DNA of 62,787 nucleotides, the filler included. It is 4 parts of 4 records of this genome, joined end to end, with 100 filler letters (N's around TTAATTAATTAA, not from the genome) between each part and the next. Parts side by side here need not be neighbours in the genome. Positions count along the whole stretch, not along the records: positions 52,383 to 62,787 come from SRR22947725_1392; 3 more parts are not named here. One strand, written 5' to 3'. The position numbers and the translations under genes were made by a program. This document shows positions 52,383-59,744 of this stretch, one piece after another. Positions within the stretch are counted from its first letter, which is position 1. Every line of letters begins with the position of its first letter. The notes under the pieces were generated by a model. It ran no database searches and had not been told where the DNA came from. It saw only the letters and a list, made by a program, of their open reading frames with translations.

Positions 52383-52967
52383 AGAGTGAACCGCACCAAT
52401 TCTAGCACAAGCAAGCATTGTTACTGCAAGTTCTGGAATCATAGTTAAATAAATTGTAACTCGATCACCTTTTTTAATTCCTAGTTTTCTTAAACCATTT
52501 GCAGCTTTAGAAACTTCATTATGTAATTGTTTATACGAAATTTTTTTAGTATCTTTTGGATCATCACCCACCCAAATAATAGCGGTTTTATCTTTTTTAT
52601 CTTTAAGGTGACGGTCTATACAATTGGCAGAAGCATTCAATGTGCCATCCTCATACCATTTAATTTTAACCTCTTTTTTACTGTATTTTATATTTTTAAT
52701 CTTTTTGTACGGTTTAATCCAAGTAATTCTTTTCCCCTCATTCTTCCAAAAGTCATCATTTTTTTTAATCGAGTCTGAGTATTTTTTTTGATATTTCGCT
52801 TTATTTACTAGAGCACTTTTTACCCACTCAGGTTTAGTTTTTATGATTAATTCTTTTTCTTCGATTTTTTTTAAAACCTTTTTCTTAAAAGGCTTTACTT
52901 TTTTTTTAGCCTTAGTTTTTTTTGAAGTTTTTTTTTTCACTTTTGATAATGATTTTTTTTTAGGCAT
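52383..52967 (-). CDS. acs: Acetyl-CoA synthetase, 5' part, with Lys-rich N-terminal extension
   Basis: FW...[48 protein letters not shown]. Confidence 0.93.
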
Positions 52968-52980
52968 GAATTTTTTTTAT

Positions 52981-53400
52981 TTAAATACTACTCATCTTAT
53001 TTAAAATTTTCCAGCTTTTAGAGTCTATCGGCATAACAGATAATCTGCTTTGTCTAATAAGTGATAAATGGCTAAGAGACTTGGTTTTTTTAACCTCTTC
53101 TAGAGTTACACTTTTCTTTAATTTTTCTTTAAACTTTACTTGAACAGCTACAAATCGTCCATCTTTGTCAGTTTTATCTAAAAAAGCTTCTTTAATAACC
53201 TCAACTATACCAACAATTTCTTTGCCTATATTTGAGTGATAAAAAAAACAAAGGTCTCCTTTTTTCATTGCTCTTAAATTTTTTGCAGCTTGATAATTTC
53301 TTACTCCATCCCAAGGAGCACCTTTAGCGCCAGCTTTTTTTTGCTGATCAATTGACCAAACATCAGGTTCTGATTTTAATAAAAAATAGGATTTTGCCAT
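52981..53400 (-). CDS. EVE domain protein
   Basis: LKSEP; WDGVRNYQA; MKKGDLCFFYHS; RLSVMP. Confidence 0.94.
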   Translation of the reverse strand: MAKSYFLLKSEPDVWSIDQQKKAGAKGAPWDGVRNYQAAKNLRAMKKGDLCFFYHSNIGKEIVGIVEVIKEAFLDKTDKDGRFVAVQVKFKEKLKKSVTLEEVKKTKSLSHLSLIRQSRLSVMPIDSKSWKILNKMSSI

Positions 53401-53421
53401 ACTTTGTAGGATTTTTTTAAG

Positions 53422-53583
53422 TTATATTGCAATATAAGTAAAGGGTAAAAAAATTTGGAAAAAAACAAAAATAGAAAAAAGTAAAATCAAAATTATAAAG
53501 ATTAAAAAAAAAAAAGTTTTAACTAAACCATATTTTTTTTTAAAATCTCTTATTAAAAAAAAGTAATTAATTATTTTTTTCAT
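53422..53583 (-). CDS. 53-aa single-TM peptide, DUF5989/SxtK-like
   Basis: MKKIINYFFLIRDFKKKYGLVKTFFFLIFIILILLFSIFVFFQIFLPFTYIAI; ATGA overlap with the carbamoyltransferase stop; PFTYIAI end resembles PFIYTLF; not in the ORF track. Confidence 0.75.
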   Translation of the reverse strand: MKKIINYFFLIRDFKKKYGLVKTFFFLIFIILILLFSIFVFFQIFLPFTYIAI

Positions 53584-55274
53584 ATATCTTTAGTTTGATA
53601 TAAACCATCATCCATTAAAACAATCTTAATATTCATTCTCTTCATGTTTACATAAACATCATACAAGTCAAATATAACTGGATCTTTTGAAATATTAAAA
53701 GAAGTATTAACCAATATATCTGAGCCACTCTTTTTAAGATTTGTAAGAACTTTATGCGTTAATGAATTTTTATCTTTAACAATTTGTGGTCTACAAGTTC
53801 CATCAACATGTATGATTGAATTATATTTATTATAAAGTTCTTCTTTGGCATCACACAATGTTCCCATCCATTCTAAATTTTTTACAATACTTTTATTTAT
53901 TGAAAAATATTTTTCAAAATCTTTTTCAAGTAAAATTGGAGCTAAAGGTTGAAAATGTCCTCTTTTTTTTAAGTTCAAATTTAAATTTATCACAGCCTCT
54001 TTATTTCTAGCATCACAGAAAATAGATGTGTTACCAAGAGACCTTGGCCCAACTTCATTGGGTCCATAATAGGAAGCAATTATTTCACCTTCTATTAATT
54101 TAGTTGCTGTCTCATTTGTAAAATCATTAGTTAAATTAATTTTTGAAAAAAAGTTATCTTTACTTTCTTTTTTGTTAATAAATTTTTTTTTTGGACCAAG
54201 AAAAATACTATTAAAATCAAGTATTTTTTTTTTTGATTTTACTAAAAAGGCAAAATTTGCAGCACCTATAGCAGACCCAGAGTCTCCTGGGGAAGGTGGA
54301 ATAATCATTTCTTCAAAAATATCTTGCTTAGATAGACTATGAATCATTTTACAATTCAAGGCTACACCCCCTGTTAATACAATCTTGCTCTTACCAGATA
54401 AATCCATTGCTTTTTGAATCAAGTTTTTCATTGTATTTTCTAAAATTAATTGAGCTGAGCTTGCTATATCTGCATATTTCTTAAAGTTTACCTCTTCACT
54501 TATGTTTAGGTAAGGGTCTCCAAATACTTGACATAATTTTTTTGAAAAAGATTTGCTTGGGCTTTTATGAAATTCAAAATAATCCATATTGATTGTAAAA
54601 TTATTAATATCAAAAATTTTATTAAATTCTTTTTCATAAATTGGTTTTCCAAACGAGCTTAGAGACATGACTTTAAATTCACCTTCATTAATTTCAAAAC
54701 CAAGATAATCGGTGATTGTAGAGTAAAGTAAGCCAATTGAGTTTGGGTAAAAATTAGTCCAAATCTTTTTAATTTTATAATCATTATCTATTGTATAAAA
54801 AGACATTGTCTCTCCCTCCCCAACACCATCGCAAGTGACATAAACATAATCAGAAACATTTTTAATAACTGACAAGCCGTATAAGCAATGGCTTAGATGA
54901 TGTGATGAATAAATAATCTTGCTTCTTGAAATATTGATTAATTTATTTATGTCTGTATAAAAAAAAATTGATCCTTTGTTAAAATTTTTTAGATGATGAA
55001 TTAAAAAACTTTTATTTTGTAATGGATTTTTTATTGAATAATAAAAAATCTCCCACCATGACTTAAATGGTTTTTCATAAAAGCATATGAATTTAATATT
55101 TTCATTTTTTAAATCAAATTTTTTAATTAAGAACTTTAAACATCTTTGTGGAAAATTTTTATCACCTTTTATTCTGCTAAAGGATTCTTCTTTTAAAAAG
55201 CAATTAGTTCCCTTGTTGTCTGTTAAAAAAACTGACGATTCATGGTAGTAAGCAGATATTCCAATGTAGTACAT
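53580..55274 (-). CDS. NodU/CmcH/TobZ-family O-carbamoyltransferase (divergent)
   Basis: GISAYYHES; HHLSH; DGVGE; SIGLLY; EFKVM; GGVALN; PGDSG; GPRSLGN; HVDGTCRPQ; NTSFN. Confidence 0.9.
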   Translation of the reverse strand: MYYIGISAYYHESSVFLTDNKGTNCFLKEESFSRIKGDKNFPQRCLKFLIKKFDLKNENIKFICFYEKPFKSWWEIFYYSIKNPLQNKSFLIHHLKNFNKGSIFFYTDINKLINISRSKIIYSSHHLSHCLYGLSVIKNVSDYVYVTCDGVGEGETMSFYTIDNDYKIKKIWTNFYPNSIGLLYSTITDYLGFEINEGEFKVMSLSSFGKPIYEKEFNKIFDINNFTINMDYFEFHKSPSKSFSKKLCQVFGDPYLNISEEVNFKKYADIASSAQLILENTMKNLIQKAMDLSGKSKIVLTGGVALNCKMIHSLSKQDIFEEMIIPPSPGDSGSAIGAANFAFLVKSKKKILDFNSIFLGPKKKFINKKESKDNFFSKINLTNDFTNETATKLIEGEIIASYYGPNEVGPRSLGNTSIFCDARNKEAVINLNLNLKKRGHFQPLAPILLEKDFEKYFSINKSIVKNLEWMGTLCDAKEELYNKYNSIIHVDGTCRPQIVKDKNSLTHKVLTNLKKSGSDILVNTSFNISKDPVIFDLYDVYVNMKRMNIKIVLMDDGLYQTKDI

Positions 55275-55275
55275 G

Positions 55276-55992
55276 TTAAGTTATAGAATTAGGTCCTATA
55301 TTTTTCATTACATCTTCATCTGTAATACTTTTTTTTAATTTTAAAAAGTGAGTTATGAGACTTATAAATATTAAGATTGTTATTAATATTGGGTTAAAGA
55401 TAAAAGAAAATTTATTTAAGCTATTTGCATAAATGTGCCTAAAAAAACTTAATGTTTTTTCTTTAGCTAATTTTATTTTATATGAAAAAAAGCTATTATT
55501 ATTTTTTGCAAATTTAAGAGAATATTCAGCATGCCTTTCTTCATCTTTTAAAATATTTTGAATTTCTTTGTATGCCCAAGGTTTATGTTCTTTAAGATGA
55601 TTTGAAAAGGCTATCAATTTTTTTTCTGCGATTTCTTCATTTGCCCCAACAAATATAGCAAAATCATTTAACTTCTTTTTTTCAAAAATAAAGTGATCTA
55701 TATAAATATATCCCTTATTATAAATGTGACTGGGTACAAAACTTAATTCTTTCTTGTTAATTTTATACTCTGAAATTATTTGATTTTTTATATTTGTAAA
55801 AATAAAACAATGTTTATATTCGTCTAAAGAATGTCTTATGAAACCATCAGAAAGCTTTTTATTATTAACAACTTTTGCTGCAAATAACATCTCAACTGCT
55901 GATGAGAATTCTGCTGAAGCAAATTCATTCAAAACAAAGCAACTTCTCTCAGGATCAAATTTTTTAAGATTACTTTTTGGTATTAAAAACAT
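55276..55992 (-). CDS. Ferritin-like diiron protein with C-terminal membrane helix
   Basis: E (SAEFSS), DEYKH, E (ANEEIAE), DEERH four-helix diiron pattern; hydrophobic NPILITILIFISLI; start is 55992 or 56046. Confidence 0.75.
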   Translation of the reverse strand: MFLIPKSNLKKFDPERSCFVLNEFASAEFSSAVEMLFAAKVVNNKKLSDGFIRHSLDEYKHCFIFTNIKNQIISEYKINKKELSFVPSHIYNKGYIYIDHFIFEKKKLNDFAIFVGANEEIAEKKLIAFSNHLKEHKPWAYKEIQNILKDEERHAEYSLKFAKNNNSFFSYKIKLAKEKTLSFFRHIYANSLNKFSFIFNPILITILIFISLITHFLKLKKSITDEDVMKNIGPNSIT

Positions 55993-56929
55993 TTTATTAG
56001 CTATTTTGGTATTTTTTATTTTATTTGTTCCAAAGGCAGATGCCAAGGGTTGTTTATCATTTTTACCCTATGGTTTTAATGAATCTTATGTTCACTTACC
56101 TCAAAGTGCATCTTTTTGTGTAAAGCAGGGAAAAACAATAATCAAATATCAAACAGATAATTATGGTGGAAGATTACTCAGTGATGAAACTGTAAACAAT
56201 AAAATACAAGTCTTTGGCGACAGCCAAGTATTAGGTCTAGATGTAGAAAATATCGAGCAGCATTATTTAAATACTCTATATAAAAAAAATAATTTTGTAA
56301 TATATGCGGCGCCAAACAATGGTCCTTATGAAGTTATAAATTTTTTAAATAAAAATAAAAAAATTTTACAAAAAAAAATAATTGTCACATTTAGTTTTTC
56401 TACTGATCTTTACAGAATTTTAGATTATTGGAACCCTGAGAATTTTGTAGCTTTAAAAGATTATGAGCTAGATGAAATTTTAGAATATCCTTTTAAATAT
56501 AGATTGATAGTTTTTAAGAATTTATTATTAAATAAAAATTTTACTGTAAGTAGATATGATAATGAAAAAATGCAAAATGTATTTTTAAATTCAGATCAAG
56601 ATAAACTTTACAAAAACCTGAGTAAATATTTTAATGAATTAAATAAGATAGCAAATAAGCTTGATATAGAAATAGACTTTATAGTTACACATCCTTATTG
56701 GGTTTATTCAATTGATAAAAAAAATAATAAACTTTTATTGAATAAAGAATTGAATAAAAAAGTAGAAAAATTGATCTGTAACTCTTTTCAAAGAACAAAA
56801 AAAATAAATAAAGTTTTAATATCTCAAATCTCAGAAACTCTTGAGCTAAATGATCTTACAACTGATAAGCGACACTTAAAATCTACAAAAATCAAACTTA
56901 CAAAATACCAAGAAATATGTATTTTTTAG
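55982..56929 (+). CDS. Exported SGNH/GDSL-like hydrolase or transferase
   Basis: Signal-like KNILLAILVFFILFVPKADA; TDNYGGR; VFGDSQVLG (block I); C-terminal DKRH (DxxH); start uncertain (ATG 55838, ATT 55982 or TTG 56006). Confidence 0.6.
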   Translation: MKNILLAILVFFILFVPKADAKGCLSFLPYGFNESYVHLPQSASFCVKQGKTIIKYQTDNYGGRLLSDETVNNKIQVFGDSQVLGLDVENIEQHYLNTLYKKNNFVIYAAPNNGPYEVINFLNKNKKILQKKIIVTFSFSTDLYRILDYWNPENFVALKDYELDEILEYPFKYRLIVFKNLLLNKNFTVSRYDNEKMQNVFLNSDQDKLYKNLSKYFNELNKIANKLDIEIDFIVTHPYWVYSIDKKNNKLLLNKELNKKVEKLICNSFQRTKKINKVLISQISETLELNDLTTDKRHLKSTKIKLTKYQEICIF

Positions 56930-56998
56930 CTATTTAGTCTCAAAAACAAACAATATTTTTTAATAGACTTTTAAAATATTATATTGAAAAATATACTT

Positions 56999-57496
56999 AT
57001 GAAAAATTTTAAAATTTTTATAATTATTTTATTTATTACTTTTTCAAGCTTAACTAATATTGCGTATGCTGAGTCACTAAAATTTGCTGCGTCTACCTAC
57101 GAAGGAGAAGTAAAAAAGGGAAAAGCTCATGGTGTGGGTATTTTTACTTTTTCAGATGGGTCTACTTATGAAGGCAAAGTTTCTAAAAATAGAGTTCATG
57201 GCAATGGAAAGTATACAGATGCTCAAGGAAAAGTTTATGAAGGCAAGTTTAGGTTTGGAACTATTAAAACAAAGATAGATAAAAAAACTAGAAATATAGT
57301 TAAAATAAAAGCTAAAACTGGATTTGAAACTTACGTTGAAATGAAAGGTACAGGCGCCGCATCAACAAAATGGTTTGAAGCTCAACAAAATTCGTCAGGC
57401 ACTTATGAACTGACTGTTAAAGGAAAAACAGCAATGGCTGCTGCAATTGCAAGTGGTGGTTCTGATAGTTCTTCTGGTTCTAGTTCTGGCTGTTAA
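56999..57496 (+). CDS. Exported MORN-repeat protein with Ser/Gly tail and C-terminal Cys
   Basis: Signal peptide ending AYA; YEGEVKKGKAHGVGIFTFSDG, YEGKVSKNRVHGNGKYTDAQG and YEGKF repeats; ends SGGSDSSSGSSSGC. Confidence 0.85.
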   Translation: MKNFKIFIIILFITFSSLTNIAYAESLKFAASTYEGEVKKGKAHGVGIFTFSDGSTYEGKVSKNRVHGNGKYTDAQGKVYEGKFRFGTIKTKIDKKTRNIVKIKAKTGFETYVEMKGTGAASTKWFEAQQNSSGTYELTVKGKTAMAAAIASGGSDSSSGSSSGC

Positions 57497-57566
57497 TTTA
57501 ATTAGCTAAATCCCAATGTTAATAAATTATTATTATTAAATCACACTACACTAAGTACTACACATT

Positions 57567-57599
57567 TGATGATTATAGTTAGCTTTAATCATCATTTTT
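57567..57599 (+). terminator. Possible terminator after the MORN gene
   Basis: TGATGATTA..TAATCATCA inverted repeat followed by T5; AT-rich stem. Confidence 0.4.
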
Positions 57600-57642
57600 A
57601 ATTGTAAAGATAATGTAAAGGCCAGCGGAAGTTGGTAGGGGT

Positions 57643-57687
57643 TTATCGAAATATAAGGAGTGTTGGTTTCATTAACCAGTACTGCAT
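57643..57687 (-). pseudogene. Orphan 5' remnant of an EVE-domain gene (MQYWLMK...)
   Basis: ATG overlaps the tsaD stop (TAATG); reads MQYWLMKPTLLIFR*; the first 7 residues match the EVE N-terminal YWLxKSEP motif. Confidence 0.6.
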
Positions 57688-58760
57688 TACAATCTTACTC
57701 CAGCACCCTTTAAAAAAGCAGCATCTGCATCTAGGGGCCACCTAGGTTTTGCAGGACTATCTAATTCACTAAACTGTTTTAACTTAAATTTTTCTAATCC
57801 AACCATTGCAATCATTGCCGCATTATCTCCACATAAATTAATAGGTGGAAATATTGCTTCAAATTCTTCTTCTTTGCAAAGATTAGTTAGAACTTCTCTA
57901 ATTCTCTTGTTTGCAGCAACACCACCTGCAACTACAAATTTATTTTTAATTGTTGTGTTCATTTTTTTAAATTCTTCAAAAGCAATTTTACTTTTCTTAT
58001 ATAGTATTTCTTCAATTGTTTTTTGAAAAGATGCTGCAAGATCATATTTTTCTTGTTCAGTTTTTATTTGTTTTGATATTTTTAAAACAGCAGTCTTTAA
58101 ACCCGCAAATGATAAATTACACCCTCCTTTATGAAAAATCGGCTTTGGTAGCTCATATTTATTGGGATCACCTTTTTTTGCATACACTTCAATTTGTGGC
58201 CCACCTGGAAATTCTATTCCTAATAATTTTGCCGTTTTATCAAAGGCTTCACCTACAGCATCATCAATAGTTGTTCCTAATCTTTTATAATTTCCTAAGC
58301 CTTGCACACTTAAAAACTGAGTATGACCTCCAGAGATTAAAAGTAATAAATAAGGATAATTTAATTCAGAATTTAGTTTTGGGCTTAATGCATGTCCTTC
58401 TAAATGATTAACAGCTATAAAAGGTTTATTTAGCGAGGAGGCCATTGCTTTTCCAAAACTTAAACCAACAGACAGACAGACCATAAGACCAGGTCCTGCT
58501 GTGGCTGCTATTGCATCCAGTTCTTCCATTTTTACTCCACTTTCATCAAATGCTTTTTTTGTTATTAAATCTATTTTTTCCATATGGGATCTTGCGGCAA
58601 GTTCTGGCACAACACCGCCAAACTCTTTATGAACATCCACCTGACTTGAAACAATACTTGATAAAATTGTTGGCATACCTTGCTCATTTTCAGTTATGAT
58701 AGAGGCCGCTGTTTCATCACAGCTTGATTCAATTCCTAAGATTATGGGTTTTTTATTCAT
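57687..58760 (-). CDS. tsaD: tRNA N6-adenosine threonylcarbamoyltransferase
   Basis: LGIESSCDET; GGVVPELAARSH; GPGL; NHLEGH; SGGHT; DDAVGEAFDK; DNAAMIA. Confidence 0.97.
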   Translation of the reverse strand: MNKKPIILGIESSCDETAASIITENEQGMPTILSSIVSSQVDVHKEFGGVVPELAARSHMEKIDLITKKAFDESGVKMEELDAIAATAGPGLMVCLSVGLSFGKAMASSLNKPFIAVNHLEGHALSPKLNSELNYPYLLLLISGGHTQFLSVQGLGNYKRLGTTIDDAVGEAFDKTAKLLGIEFPGGPQIEVYAKKGDPNKYELPKPIFHKGGCNLSFAGLKTAVLKISKQIKTEQEKYDLAASFQKTIEEILYKKSKIAFEEFKKMNTTIKNKFVVAGGVAANKRIREVLTNLCKEEEFEAIFPPINLCGDNAAMIAMVGLEKFKLKQFSELDSPAKPRWPLDADAAFLKGAGVRL

Positions 58761-58819
58761 TAAATTAGTTTTTATTAATAATACATTCTCAATATAAGTA
58801 TGAAGTATAAAGCAATTAA

Positions 58820-59743
58820 ATGAAAAATAGAAAAATTATTATAGGCTCTAGAGGAAGCAAATTAGCACTAATCTATGCTGAAAAGGCTAGAGAAAAAATT
58901 CTCAAACATTCAAAAGATTTTGGAATTGAAGAAGTAATCATTAAAGAAATTGTAACTAAGGGTGATCAAGTTCAAGACAAAAGATTATCAGAAGTAGGGG
59001 GTAAGGGACTTTTCTCAAAAACTATAGAGGTTGAATTATTAGAAAAAAAAATAGATATAGCGGTACATGCATTAAAAGATATGCCTTCTGAAGAAACTAG
59101 AGGATTGTTAACAGATTGTTTTTTAGAAAGAAATGATCCAAGAGAAATTTTAATCAGCAAAGACAATAAACATCTAAAAGATTTAGCTTTAAATTCAATT
59201 ATTGGAACATCCTCATATAGGAGAGAATTTCAGATTAAAAAAATAAGAGATGATCTTAATTGTAAATTAATTAGAGGAAACGTTGATACAAGAATAAGAA
59301 AACTTAAGGAAAATTTATATGATGCAATTATCTTATCTTATGCTGGAATCGATTCTTTAGGATTAAATCAAAATATTTCTCAAACTTTTTCTACTTCAGA
59401 AATTATACCTTGTGCTGGACAAGGAGTTATTGCCTTGCAGTGTAGAGATAACGATGCAAGTTTAATTGAATTATTAAAACAAGTTGATCATCAATCAACA
59501 CATAGTTCAATAAAAGCTGAAAGAAATGTTTTAAAGGTTTTAGAAGGAGATTGTGAAACAGCAGTGGGAGCATTTGCAAACATTGAGGGGAACAAAATTA
59601 ATCTTGAAGTAGAGCTTTTTTCACTAGACGGCAGTAAAAGATTTTATTTAAAATCATCTGAAAGTGTAGATAAAGCAGAAGAATTGGGAATAGAGATGGG
59701 AAAAACTCTTAAAAAGATGTCTAATAATTCTTACAAAAAATAA
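58820..59743 (+). CDS. hemC: Hydroxymethylbilane synthase
   Basis: GSRGSKLA; GGKGLF; AVHALKDMP; GTSSYRR; RGNVDTR; GQG; EGDC. Confidence 0.96.
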   Translation: MKNRKIIIGSRGSKLALIYAEKAREKILKHSKDFGIEEVIIKEIVTKGDQVQDKRLSEVGGKGLFSKTIEVELLEKKIDIAVHALKDMPSEETRGLLTDCFLERNDPREILISKDNKHLKDLALNSIIGTSSYRREFQIKKIRDDLNCKLIRGNVDTRIRKLKENLYDAIILSYAGIDSLGLNQNISQTFSTSEIIPCAGQGVIALQCRDNDASLIELLKQVDHQSTHSSIKAERNVLKVLEGDCETAVGAFANIEGNKINLEVELFSLDGSKRFYLKSSESVDKAEELGIEMGKTLKKMSNNSYKK

Positions 59744-59744
59744 T

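Noticed and set aside
53422-56929. Saxitoxin biosynthesis suggested by sxtI/K/L-like genes
   Set aside because: No sxtA, sxtG or other core genes are present; these families are widespread outside toxin clusters
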